DNA from: Nemertoderma westbladi
Taxonomy: Eukaryota > Animalia > Xenacoelomorpha
DNA: 52,050 bases
NCBI GenBank assembly: GCA_032718475.1
Contig: JAUCBJ010004247.1
Location: forward strand, 1-52,050
Direction of reading: 5' to 3'
The notes beneath the pieces are model-generated. The model was not told the origin of the DNA, ran no database searches, and saw only the letters and a list, made by a program, of their open reading frames with translations. How positions within the stretch are numbered: position 1 is the first letter of the stretch; every line of letters begins with the position of its first letter. This document shows positions 1-12,114 of this stretch, in pieces. Position numbers and translations under genes: made by a program.

Positions 1-1068
1 AGCCTATATTGCCTGGCCTCCTAGCAGCTCAGGCATGCCAATATAAATGTGTTGCTGTTTGCTGTGTATCACAGCCAGCTTGTGAATCAGTTTACCTTTT
101 ACCTGCCACAGTGTATGTCAGATTCAAACAATCTTCCTCATATTTTTATAAGGTTCAGCACATACTCACACCTCTCATCGATGTTACATCTACTGGTAAA
201 TAAACCACTGTAGGCCGAAATTCATAGTGTTTGAGTACGGTATTTTAGTTGTTTCAAGTTTCACACCTGCCAGGATTTCTTAATGAGGCATCCTTATTTT
301 AATTGTTAATTAGCTCACGAACGAAATTCACGAATTATATTGTAGGCCTAGTCTATACAGAAATTCTATGAAAATTCAATAAACGTACACATGTACAAAC
401 AGGCTGAACAATTAAATTATTAAAATATGTTATAAATAAATTTACATACGGTGACTAAATATTACCGGACTAAGACCGGACTCAATATTATCTTATTCTT
501 ATTAACTTGTAAGGGTTTAATTTATGATATATTTAAAATAGTATGTTACTTTAAATATAGTGTGATTACTTTTTATAATCTGCACCACAAATCTGCACTC
601 CTTTCATTTACTACTCTGGCATTTTGTACCCTAATTAAGAAAACTAAAATAAAGTTATGTTACGATTATTAATTTTATATTCTTTCTTTCTGACTGTCTG
701 CTACTTTCAGGCCACTGCTGCACTGTATCAATTCAATGTGATTTCACAAGAAAACATCAGTTACCGGTTACAGGCTAGATAGAAACCGAAACTATTATTA
801 ATAGTTAGGCCTACGCCCTACCAGCACGCCGCGCAAACACGAATCGTGAATCTCTCTGCAATACCAGTGATGTATGTATATTACATATAAATACCGAGTA
901 TTGCTGTATTAGGTTTAGGTTTTCTGGTTTTAGCCACTAATTTATTTTACGCGAACCTGTCACAGGCATCAGTGAGTGATTAATTATAACGCCTGTCGCA
1001 GTTTTTTGTAGCGTTCAGGCGTTATAATTATTCCAAATATTTTAGTATTATTGGTTAGTTAATCTGAA

Positions 1069-1135
1069 ATGGAGACGGAAGATAATGAAGTTGAGTACAC
1101 AGTAGAAGAGGAGGAGGAAGAAATGGAAGACGCAG
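1069..1135 (+). CDS. Ig-domain (titin/palladin-like) gene, putative coding exon 1 (METEDNEVEYTVEEEEEEMEDA)
   Basis: ATG at 1069, acidic peptide, donor CAG|GTATG at 1136. Phase 1 matches the next exon. Upstream exons cannot be excluded. Confidence 0.65.
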
Positions 1136-1814
1136 GTATGGGAGAATATATTATATTATTGTACAAATTATTGCAGTATTTGTACCGGGTAGCGTATTCC
1201 CAATCCTTTACACTACTAGGAACACCTCTAGCATTAACACCTGGGATTGGATAATAAGCTAATATTTGATTAGACGTTGAAATCATGTAAGGAATGGAGA
1301 GAGGGGTCGAACTGGTGTAAGGGTTTTACTTTTATACCCAGGTGGCAGGTAGAAAGTGTTCCAAACGCTGTAAGGAATGGGGAAAATGGGTGAAATGTAA
1401 GGAATATCTGTCTATCATGTCTATTAAACGGTTCATTGTCAGGTAACAGTAAAAATATATACGAATAACAATATACACAGTAGGCCTACATTTAGAGTGT
1501 AAATAGTGTTGTATAAGGAATCGTTTTACGGAGCATTCTCCTTGAGATTGTAATAATGAAGTAGTTTTATTGATAGGCCTATTTAATATTGAAATTTATT
1601 CATTTAATATTCATATTTAAAAGCATTTAACAATTTGTAAACATAAATGCTCCATAATGAAATAAACTCTTAATTTTTCAAATGTCCTTTAGAATTTGTT
1701 CGATTTTAATTTATGTTTATCGACAGGTTTCTATGGCGTTTTTTAGCGCGTCGAGTCATTTTTAGTTCATTTATTTTTTGTTTATTTTAGTTTTAGTTAG
1801 GTATTTTTGGTTGA

Positions 1815-2628
1815 AAGCGAATAATATTATCCCACTTTTCAAGAAGGGAGATCACACAGATCCATGTTCATATAATTACCGACCGGTCTCTCTTACTTGT
1901 ATATGTTGTAAAATTATGAAAACTTGCATTAAAAATGAAATTTTAGATTATTTACGTAAAAATAATATTATTACTAGGTCTCAGCACGATTTCGCCCAAG
2001 CATTTGACTATGTAGTACACTCGAAGTTATTATGTAAACTAGTTAGTTATGGTATAGGCGGTAAATTACTATAGATTGGTGCTTTTTTATCAGGTCGTAC
2101 TCAAAATGTCATACTGTAGTAGGCAACTCTTTTTCAAGCGAAACTAATGTTATATCAGGTACAGTTCAAGGAAGTGTCCTGGGGCCTTTATTGTACATAA
2201 ACGACTTGCCAGACGAATTTGGCTCCAACATTGTTTGTAAATTATTTGCAGATGATTTAAAGTTTTACAGCGAAAACTGTGAAGGGCAATCATTGTCATT
2301 GGCATGAATCAGTTGACTGGGCGACTAAGTGGCAAATTACAATTGCTGCCCATAAATGTCCAGTTCGTCATATTTCAACAAGTAGTACTGTAGTTCCATC
2401 CCATATCCATATGTGTTGTTTAACAAATTATTGCCAAGTGATGAGTCATGCAGAGATCTCGGAATTACAATTACTAGTAATTTAAAATTTGATTTATATT
2501 TTAGAGAGAAAGTTAAAAAGGCATTTAAAATAGTCAAAATGACTTTCCGATGTTTTTATACTTCGAATATAAAGGCTCTACTAACCGCTTACAAGGCTTA
2601 TGTGCGTCCATTACTTGAGTATTCTACA
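1815..2628 (+). mobile_element. Decayed CR1-like non-LTR retrotransposon RT fragment
   Basis: Frameshifted motifs IIPLFKKGD..YRPVSLTCICCKIM, QGSVLGPLL, YINDLP, LFADDLK, RDLGIT, YKAYVRPLLEYS. Confidence 0.85.
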
Positions 2629-2629
2629 C

Positions 2630-3012
2630 GCTTGACACTTGAACAAAGCCGCCTCCGCTTTGCAGGACATTGCTTTGGCCGTGACGAGCAGCCTGTGCAC
2701 AATATTGTGCTTATTGTGCTATTGTGCAGACTCGTGGAGAAAATAAGCATGGTGGACAGCGGATAGCTTTTGGCGGACAGCTTTCTTGAGACATTTCTTA
2801 AAGTACACTGTCCTTTGAAGATGCGGTAATCTCACAAAAAGATGTGGGTAGGGAGTTGTGGCGGCGCAATTTTTTTGACAACCCGGCTTAGTGTTCTTAA
2901 AGCACGCTCCATAGAACAGGCCAATTGAGGATTGCATTGTGGTGGCACAAATATTTTTGATAAGCCAGCATCTCAATGTGCAGCTTCAATGTAGCAGGCC
3001 GATTAGATAGAG
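2630..3012 (+). mobile_element. RTE-like LINE 3' fragment (diverged relative of 5213-5517)
   Basis: LTLEQSRLRFAGHCF..D.QPVHN peptide. 3' UTR resembles the reverse complement of 5213-5300 and 35644-35720. Confidence 0.7.
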
Positions 3013-3068
3013 ATAAATATATAGAGTAGGTTTTAATGATTTCTTAGCTCCACCCTCTTATTGTTTAG

Positions 3069-3223
3069 ACTCTCAGGCGCCTCTCATTGTCGAGAAGTTG
3101 GAACCGCAGGTTGTAAAGGAGGGTGACAAGGTATCGTTCCGGGCACGAGTTAGTGGAGACCCTCAACCTGATGTTACCTGGTTACTAGATGGTGAAGATG
3201 TCGATGATAATCAGGATTACGAG
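3069..3223 (+). CDS. Ig gene exon 2: first half of I-set Ig domain 1
   Basis: ttgtttag| acceptor; APLIVEKLEPQVVKEGDKVSFRARVSGDPQPDVTWLLDG; donor GAG|GTAGAT; phase 1 to 0. Confidence 0.9.
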
Positions 3224-3248
3224 GTAGATGTTGTAATAACGCCATAGG

Positions 3249-3912
3249 GCCTACTGTAGGCCTATTAACTGTTGTACCGTATCAACTATTGTACCTACTG
3301 TAGGCCTATTAACTATTGTACCGTATGAACTATTGTACCTACTGTAGGCCTATTTACTATTGTACCTACTGTAGGCCTATTAACTATTGTACCGTATGAA
3401 CTATTGTACCTACTGTAGGCCTATTTACTATTGTACCTACTGTAGGCCTATTAACTATTGTACCTACTGTAGGCCTATTAACTATTGTACCTACTGTAGG
3501 CCTATTAACTATTGTACCTACTGTAGGCCTATTAACTGTTGTACCGTATCAACTATTGTACCTACTGTAGGCCTATTAACTATTGTACCGTATGAACTAT
3601 TGTACCTACTGTAGGCCTATTTACTATTGTACCTACTGTAGGCCTATTAACTATTGTACCTACTGTAGGCCTATTAACTATTGTACCTACTGTAGGCCTA
3701 TTAACTATTGTACCTACTGTAGGCCTATTAACTGTTGTACCGTATCAACTATTGTACCTACTGTAGGCCTATTTACTATTGTACCGTATTAACTATTGTA
3801 CCTACTGTAGGCCTATTAACTATTGTACCGTATCAACTATTGTACCGTATCAACTATTGTACCTACTGTAGGCCTATTAACTATTGTACCGTATTAACTA
3901 TTGTACCTACTG
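3249..3912. repeat. Intronic minisatellite: 27-bp unit TATTGTACCTACTGTAGGCCTATTAAC plus 17-bp variant, 196-bp higher-order repeat
   Basis: Units read directly. Near-identical ORF translations start at 3387 and 3583, 196 bp apart. Confidence 0.95.
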
Positions 3913-4290
3913 CTATGCCTATATGCTGTACTTGCATTGCAGACGAACGGTATTTTGTTGTGTTCTTTCTACATTGTGACATTATATTGATTGCACTTTC
4001 TGGATTTCAGGATTTGTGACAGTTTAACTAATATTATAAATATTCTTTATAAATATAATGTATGAGAATTGTTGTAGCAATTTATAAGGGATCACGTGAT
4101 TATCGGTTCATTTTAGGTGCACCAGAATTTCTGCTGTTTTATTTCAGTTTGCAGTTTAATAATATCAGGTTTTCAGAAAAAAACTAAGACAGAAGGGTTG
4201 ATACACACACATAGAAACCTAACTATTTTGTTTTACATATCGGACAGGTGGATGACCTTCACTCACTAACTATTTTGCTTTCCTATACAG

Positions 4291-4433
4291 ATTGGACAGG
4301 TGGACGACCTCCACACCCTAACTATACCCACGGCTCGTCACGAAGATGTTGGCGATTTCCAAATAGTTGCGGAGAACGACTTCGGAAAGGCGATCAGCAG
4401 TGCCAGTCTACGATTTATTATCTCAAAGAGATT
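4291..4433 (+). CDS. Ig gene exon 3: second half of Ig domain 1
   Basis: tcctatacag| acceptor; IGQVDDLHTLTIPTARHEDVGDFQIVAENDFGKAISSASLRF (DxGxF/Y..AEN..G I-set signature); donor |GTAAGT; phase 0 to 2. Confidence 0.9.
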
Positions 4434-5212
4434 GTAAGTTTCAATTACTCTTCTGTATGTAAATCATATTATAATATTAATATTATTATCAACATCAACC
4501 AAGTTCGACTACCCACTAGGAGAATAATAAAAGTTTATATGTTAGACAATGGTAATGCGATGAATTTCCTTTCATTCGATAATAACGTAATTTTCGTACG
4601 AGACAGAATGGCGGAAATGGATGTAAATCTAATATCGGCGAATTAATATCCGGTCTCTAAGTTAATACCCCCCCCCCCCCCCCCCCCCCTTTCGTCCCCT
4701 GGTCTTCTTTTATCGTGACGTTCTAAAATAGAGATAATGGAATATAATACTAAGAAGCATTCTATCATTGTTTTTTTATTGAATAATTTATTTTATTCTT
4801 TTACGCGCGAATATAAACAAAATCGGGAGAAAACGTTTGATTTTTTTCCCTAGGGTAAAAAATATACCCATAGGATTGCATTCAGTTTAAAATAATAAAA
4901 TAAAGTACGTAAATTTGAAATAATAATAATTATTTCCTGTTTTACAGTAATCTTTTTCATTTTTAAAACACTGGGAAGTACAAAGTAAAGTAAATCAATA
5001 TTCATACCAAAATTTCGGCAACTTTTAAGGTTAACAAAAATATTTATAAAAATTATATTACAAATATATTCATAACCCACAGACACAATAGTTAATTTTA
5101 AATATATTTTGACGAAAAGTAATTGAAGAAAAGTCAGAGAGAATAAAATTGTACGGAAGTGCCGCTGTGAAAATTATGGGACGAAAAGCCCTATAATGAC
5201 TTCAGTATGATA

Positions 5213-5517
5213 CTAGGATCGACATGCTGCATTGCAGCTGCATTTTTAAGAATGCTGTGCCGGCTTATCGACAAAATTGCACCGCCACAACTACCTATCA
5301 CCCATGACATTTGTTAGATCATTCGCATCTTTAAGGCCAGTGTCCTTTAAGATGCGTCTCAAGAAAGTCATGGGCTGTCCACCATGCTTATTCACTCCAT
5401 GAGGCTGCCAAAGTACAAAATTATGCACTGGTTGGTCCTCACGGCGAAAGCAATGTCCTGCAAAGCGGAGGCGATTTTGTTCTAGTGTCAAGCTTGGGGG
5501 AACCAATGAGACACCTC
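5213..5517 (-). mobile_element. 5'-truncated RTE-like LINE with 13-bp TSD
   Basis: RLRFAGHCFRREDQPVHNFVLWQP C-terminal motif. TSD CTTCAGTATGATA at 5200-5212 and 5518-5530. Confidence 0.85.
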
Positions 5518-5565
5518 CTTCAGTATGATATAATATGTAATTAACTATATGGCTGTTTTATTTAG

Positions 5566-6018
5566 ATCCAATGCGAGGATAGAAGATACTAAGATTACTT
5601 ACGAAGTTGAAGAGGAAATCCCGGAGCAGTACCACACCGAAGAGGCATCAGTAGCTGATGTTAATCAGTTGGAGACTTCCTATGATACAATAGAAGTGCT
5701 TTCGCACAAAGGTGGAGATAATGTTATGGTTGAGGAAGACCTCCAGATGTCTGTGAAGAGCAGTCAGGTCCACGAGGTATTTGCCGAGTACCAGGCGGTT
5801 GACGATGATGCCGCTGACACTGTGGTGGTTGTTCCCAGAGGAGGTGGTCCAGAGGTAACCGTCGATTTACCTAAGGGTGATACGGATAAGGATATGGTTG
5901 AGGAAGACTTCGTTGAGCAATCGGTTAAAAGCGACAAAGTACATGAGGTGTTTGCAGAGTTCCAGCCTGTTGACGCTCTAGAGGAATCTATAAGTTTTGC
6001 AAAAGATGTGGACAACAG
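5566..6018 (+). CDS. Ig gene exon 4: acidic linker with an internal ~35-aa duplication
   Basis: tttag| acceptor and AG|GTATAA donor; phase 2 to 2 fits both neighbours; repeated MVEED..SVKS..VHEVFAE(Y/F)Q.VD. Confidence 0.8.
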
Positions 6019-6768
6019 GTATAATATTGCAAACCCCCCCCCCCCCCCCCCCATCCCCCAGTACGTAGGCGCATGGCGGTATTGTCTGCTTATTATGATA
6101 ACCCGCTGCTATTCGCGTTCTAATTAATTAATATATCGTTATTATTGTACGTCACTCCCGCAAGTATAAACCCCATACGATCATTGGGTACCCAAGATGA
6201 CGCCATATGGTACGGAGTAAGACATGTGTGTTTGTTACAGTGGACGTCACTAGCACCTATAGTGTAGCAGCCAATGATGGCTACATGTGTAACGCTACTG
6301 GTTGTTACGTGGGGGTGGTGTCCCGAACAGATACGCCTCTGTGCCGCGCTATAATACGGGTTGATCGGTTTAGAGTTGCCCCACTCTTCTCCAGAATAAT
6401 ATAGTAAAATAGTTTTTTTAGTATTTGTTCGTTACTTTTCTTCAAAAATTCAAAAACACTAGTTAAAATTGTAAAGTCACGAAGAGAAATACTTTGCTAA
6501 AGTAGTTCGTGTCATAAGCACTTTTAATATCTCCACACATTCTGACATAAAATCTATAATAATTTTAATAATTAAAATATTGATTTTTAATGTCATTTAT
6601 TGTTTGTCATTATTAATATTTTAATAGAAATTATATATTTCTTTACTTTTCCATTGGAATTAATTGAGATTCCTCGTCTATTTATTGTATAGCATTTTTA
6701 GATTATATCACTTGGATATTCTACCAGTAGTGGTATGTAGGGCGTTGTCAGGGGCGAATTACTATATG

Positions 6769-6796
<28 letters not shown>
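6769..6796. repeat. (GT)n microsatellite
   Basis: Read directly. Confidence 0.95.
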
Positions 6797-6801
<5 letters not shown>

Positions 6802-8613
6802 AACAATCAAACAATGAAACTCAAGGAACTGATGTTGTTCAATATCCTTATTTGGGAATAGTGAATGCGGGCGCAAATAGTGATAATGCTCAGCCCAGTG
6901 GATTGTATTGTGATCATCGTATTGGAGTAGGATTTAATATAATTCCATTGTAAACTGGTGGTACATGTTTGTATTTTGCTTTAAATGATCCGGTTTAAAC
7001 TGGTTTTTACTCGAGTAGTGAGTGAGTGGATTGGCCATATTGTAGGGGTATTTTATTAAAGTTACTTTCGGGGTCACCCGATTATAATTTCCATTACATT
7101 GCTTTGGATTTTTTACAGTAAACAATATTTATTGCTAAACAATAAAGCTGCATTAACTCGGTTAATAGTTTGAAAGTTTAAATAAATTGGATCAGCATAA
7201 AATCTTAGTTTGAATAAAATAGTTTTTTTTTAATTTTTGAAATTAAGTAAAGAAAACCTTACCGGTCGGTCTTGCGTTGTGTTAATAGAAAACCGAACTC
7301 GTGCCAGCGTATGTCGCAGGCAATCTGTAATCGTCTGACGTCTGCTGTCAGCTGCTCAGTAAGCCGCGCATTTCGGCCCAGACTAGGTCTGGGAAGCAGC
7401 ACCACAAACTTAAGCTGGTTCATCACGTTTATGCTGGCTAATCAGAGACAAGCATCAGAGTGCCGTTAGTCTGTATATAATACAATCAGAAAGTTTCATG
7501 GAATAACATTGAAATATTGCGGAATAATTGTGGGGCCAGTGACCAGAGTCTGTCTGCCTCCGCCCCAGTGCCTGGCTATGGAATTGGGCCGACCCCCTGC
7601 CCCCTGCCAAGCTGCCGGTGTAGCATTTTAGTTAGTTCTAGGTAATTTACTTTATCGGTGAGGTATTTTTTTTACTTAACTTTTACTTAATAACTACCAA
7701 AACGATCTCCAAACTGCTCAAAGTAGGAATATTTGAAATATAATATTTTTTCGGTCTAAATTCCTGGGGCCAAAACCAAAGGCAGACTGAACTAATGTGA
7801 GGTATCACACCACACATCAGCCGAATTTATTGGGGAGGGCATGTTATTTGGAACATTTTAGAACTTTGGGGAACATGTTATTGGCAAGTTTCATAAATAT
7901 AATAAATTATGTTTCTAATATGAGCAACTTCGCCGACTATCCATATAGCACCATGCCAACCATCCCCAACTTACCTGGAATTCAGAATTGTGTTTGTTAA
8001 GTAGCCAATAAAAACCCAACAGTTTTTTTAAGGCAATTTCATTGGCATTTGAAAAGGTGTGTGTAAAGTTTCTTATTGGCTGATGTTGGTATGACGTTTG
8101 ACAGTAAGGTATTAACATGTACCACCAATAACCTTTATTAAAATGCCACAATTGCTTCCACTAATGCAGTAATAGTTCAAGTTCATATAGCTGTGTTGGT
8201 TACAGTAATTCCCCTGCGGTTATCATTGTATTACAATGAGTTACTACATACATTGCATTACAGTACTGCATTACAGTATCATTGAATAATACAGAAATGA
8301 ATGCATACCTTTTTTCACGACAGTGTTAGATTAATTGGTCCTAGTAATTAGTTTAATTAATACGCCTACCATACGTTCTTAGTTTTTTTTACACACTCAC
8401 ACTGCGACTGTGGACTGCATGCTGCACTGTAGCTGTAGGCTACGCTACAACTGCGAACTGTCGCACCCATCCATACATTGCAGCACAGCTGCCCTTTATA
8501 GTTTGTCGGTTTGTTAAGTTATCTACATTACACTACCATTTCTAATTATAAACAATTAATTGATTTATTATATAAATAATTAATAAATATATAAATAAAT
8601 TGTTGAATTCAAA

Positions 8614-9822
8614 ATGCCGAATAAAAAGGGTTTGATGGAACGTCTCAACACTGGTGTGGTTATCGGTGATGGGGGATTCGTGTTCGCTCTGGAGAAGCGC
8701 GGTTACGTGAAGGCGGGGCCGTGGACACCGGAAGCGACCGTGGAATACCCGGAAGCGGTGCGCGGACTCCATCGGGAGTTCCTACGCGCGGGAGCGGACG
8801 TCATGCAGACGTTCACGTTCTACGCGAGCGACGATAAACTCTCGAATCGGGGCAACGAATCGCTGGCGAAGCACAGCGGGGTCGCCGTGAACGAGGCGGC
8901 CTGCCGACTCGCGCGGGAGGTTGCGGACGAAGGCGACGCTCTGGTGGCGGGCGGGGTCAGTCAGACGCCGGGCTACATATCGGGGAACTCGAAAGCGGAA
9001 GTCCAAGCCATTGTGGAACGCCAGTTGCAGGTGTTTATTAAGAATAAAGTGGACTTTATGATATGCGAGTATTATGAGCATGTTGAGGAAGCTATCTGGC
9101 ATCTTGAGGTTGTTAAACGCTTGTATAAAGGTCCGGTTGTTGTTACTTTGTGTTGCGGCCCAGAGGGTGATATGCATGGGAAGCCGATAGGTGAATGCGG
9201 CGTGGCTTTAGCGAAGGCCGGAGCCGATGTTGTTGGGATTAACTGTCATTTCGATCCTTTCGTTACACTCGAAGGCTTGCGGTTGATGAAGGTGGCGTTG
9301 GATGCCGCAGGATTGAAGCCGCATCTGTGCGCCCAACCCCTGGGTTACATGACCCCGGACGCGACCGCTCAGGGGTTTATAGACCTCCCGGAGTTCCCCT
9401 TCGCGTTGGAACCCCGGATACTGACGCGGTGGGAGATGCAGCGCTACGCGCGGGAGGCCTACGATCTGGGCGTGCGCTACATCGGGGGTTGCTGCGGGTT
9501 CGAGGCGTACCACGTGCGCGCGATAGCGGAAGAGTTGTCCGCCGAGCGGGGGGGCGCGCGGGCCGCCGGCTCCGAGAAGCACGACCTCTGGGGCGGCGGA
9601 TTGGCGCAGCACACCAAGCCCTGGGTGCGCGCGCGCGCCCGCAAGGCCTATTGGGAGAAACTGAAGCCCAGCACCGGGAGGCCCCACTCTGCGTCGCTGT
9701 CGGTGCCAGACCAGTGGGGTGTCACCGCCGGTCACGAGTTGCTCAAACAGAAAGAAGCGGCGACAACCGACGCCGAGTTGAAGCAACTTTACAACGGCCG
9801 CGAGTCTGCTGTGAAACACTAA
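8614..9822 (+). CDS. BHMT: Betaine--homocysteine S-methyltransferase, intronless, nested in intron 4 of the Ig gene
   Basis: 402 aa; [35 protein letters not shown], Zn ligands GINCHFDP and [20 protein letters not shown], all characteristic of animal BHMT. Confidence 0.97.
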   Translation: MPNKKGLMERLNTGVVIGDGGFVFALEKRGYVKAGPWTPEATVEYPEAVRGLHREFLRAGADVMQTFTFYASDDKLSNRGNESLAKHSGVAVNEAACRLAREVADEGDALVAGGVSQTPGYISGNSKAEVQAIVERQLQVFIKNKVDFMICEYYEHVEEAIWHLEVVKRLYKGPVVVTLCCGPEGDMHGKPIGECGVALAKAGADVVGINCHFDPFVTLEGLRLMKVALDAAGLKPHLCAQPLGYMTPDATAQGFIDLPEFPFALEPRILTRWEMQRYAREAYDLGVRYIGGCCGFEAYHVRAIAEELSAERGGARAAGSEKHDLWGGGLAQHTKPWVRARARKAYWEKLKPSTGRPHSASLSVPDQWGVTAGHELLKQKEAATTDAELKQLYNGRESAVKH

Positions 9823-11452
9823 CAGAACCACTTGGCTGTCCTACAACCTGTGTACCCAACTATTAATAAGTTTGTTGATGTTACTTTCCGTTAACTACCT
9901 CTGTTTCGTCCGCATTTAGGTTTTGGTTTGCTTCGGGTGGCAGCTGAAATATATTAATTAATTAATTATTATTTGATGATGTTTTTTTCCGATTATACCG
10001 CGTTCTGCCTATTATTAACAATTATTGGCCTTTAAGAACCACCAATTCGCACAATAATTATTGTATTTTATTGTTTATAATTTCCTCCACGTTTTCTATC
10101 ATTTCTTTCACATAGTTTCCTTTCAGCGTCTCGCTTTTTACAACTGTTTGAAAAAAAAAACTGACGCAAATAAATTAGTATTACAACATACCGAGTTAAT
10201 TAATTGTGCAGTATAATATGCATTAATTAATCATGCACATGATTTAGTATAAAAAAACAATTCTTCAGAATGCCAGTGTAATAATTAATTTAATAATATC
10301 TATGTTTTTAAAGTGTCTTACGTAATTAATTAAGTGCCTGATCATCATATTATACTCGGGGAATTTATTATCCTATGTTTTGGAAATTTATTATAATTAT
10401 GAGTTAATAATAAGTCTCAACCAATTAGCTGCTACGCCAGGTGGTTTATTTACTATCTTGGTGACACCAGATGGCTTACTATCGCGTACAATGCAATACC
10501 GTGTGTTTATCGTTTCATTGTGTATAGTAAGTAGCGTGCATCTATATATCTGATAAATAATTTGACAAATATAATATTATCGTCCGATGATATGTTTTCT
10601 TTGGTCTAACGAGGTATTTCAGTTTTAGATGGGCCGAAAAATATCAGTCAATACTATTGAATGATTGCAATAAATAAACCCGTAATGGTCTAATATTTTA
10701 ACTGCTTTTTTCTTCTTGAAACTTTCCACTTCCCTCCAGTTTTTTTGTCATGTAAAAATGTCGTCGCAATTAGCAGTTGATTACTCCTAAAATTGAACTG
10801 TAACATGTACTATTCACTTTAGTTTATTGTTTTGGTTAGAATAACTCTAACTTAGAATAACGTGGCACTGTAACATAAGCTCCTTCCTTTAATTCATAAT
10901 TTAACATCACATTTAACCTAATTTGATTTTCGTCAAGTTTCCAGGGCCCCTGTCTCCAATAGGAACCCGTGATTGGATACTCTCATATATCATTGTCCAT
11001 TGGCCACCCGCACGCATTTTTAAAAACTTTAAAAGCGTAAGTTAATTTTCCCCAGGCGCCAGAAAAACAACCTAAATCTGTTACCCGGTTATGTGACTTA
11101 TCATCATCAACTCTAGTATCTTAGCTATGGTAGAGCGTTTCTCATACAGTAACACAACCGTAGGTATGATTTCATAAAATACCTACAAATGATAGCCTAT
11201 AGCATATACGATATATTTTTCACATTTAATACGTTTTTTTTCAGTTAATTGCAAGTGAATAATAATGTGGAAACCAATATTTTTCGTAATCACGTTGCTC
11301 CTATTTTTATGCGCAAAGCAAATATACTTTACATGATGAAAATGACCGGTCTCCTTCTCCCAATAAGAGAACCAACTGTAGACCCTGGTAATGTCATCCA
11401 TCATATGTGTTCCCCCGGACTCATTACCTCACATCCCCACTTGCTGGAAGCA

Positions 11453-11528
11453 GGACATTTCGGTTCCGGACAATTCGGTCTCATTTATTTAGTGTTGTGG
11501 GACTGAATTTTCCGGGACCGAATTGTCC
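11453..11528. repeat. Tiny inverted-repeat element (30-bp arms made of two 15-bp units)
   Basis: GGACATTTCGGTTCCGGACAATTCGGTCTC versus GGGACTGAATTTTCCGGGACCGAATTGTCC (imperfect reverse complement). Confidence 0.7.
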
Positions 11529-11973
11529 GAATTTATAATTTGGTGTGGTTATATATAGCACGCACTTATTTACAACCTTCAAAACCCCCTTGTCTTTTAT
11601 CATCTCGCTAATTGGTTCATACCACACCACCCACTCATATAATATGTAATGGATCGCCCACACAACACCTTCCGAATATTACATCATTCAGATTCCGACT
11701 TCATCACTTGACCTCAACCTAATACATGATCACCACATTACCCCAGATATCACACCATTTTTCTACTACCATCTTTAAATTGTATCGTAGCTTAAGTGTT
11801 ATAAGGCCCTAAGTAGATTTTTGTCTGATTTTACTTTTTTATTTTTTTTTTATTCAACAAAAGACATTTAAAAAACACAGCCCCATTAATTAACGCACCA
11901 TTATATCGTTGTTTTTCTCGTTATTCGGTTCTTTTTCGTTGTATTTCGTCCTAAATAATTAATATTATTTTAG

Positions 11974-12096
11974 GGATGATGAAGAAGAAGATATTCCGGC
12001 GAAGTTTGTTGAAAGTTTGAAGAGTATCAACACAAAGGAAGGCGAATCGGTAACACTAGGATGTGTTGTAGAAGGGAAGCCAATACCAGAGATCAG
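11974..12096 (+). CDS. Ig gene exon 5: first half of Ig domain 2
   Basis: ttttag| acceptor; PAKFVESLKSINTKEGESVTLGCVVEGKPIPEI; donor AG|GTTAGT; phase 2 to 2. Confidence 0.9.
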
Positions 12097-12114
12097 GTTA
12101 GTGTCGATGTCTTG

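Noticed and set aside
3387-4019. Cys/Tyr-rich ORFs (NYCTYCRPI)n
   Set aside because: Translations of the 27-bp minisatellite inside an intron.
5549-6127. Stand-alone 192-aa acidic protein
   Set aside because: Better explained as internal exon 5566-6018; the ORF ends are intron sequence, including a poly-C run.
8614-9822. Bacterial horizontal transfer or contamination as the origin of BHMT
   Set aside because: The protein closely follows animal BHMT along its length and is embedded in an intron with host-like flanks. A phylogeny is needed to exclude it formally.
8782-9866. Antisense and alternate-frame ORFs over BHMT
   Set aside because: Shadow ORFs from GC-rich codon usage, with no recognisable motifs.
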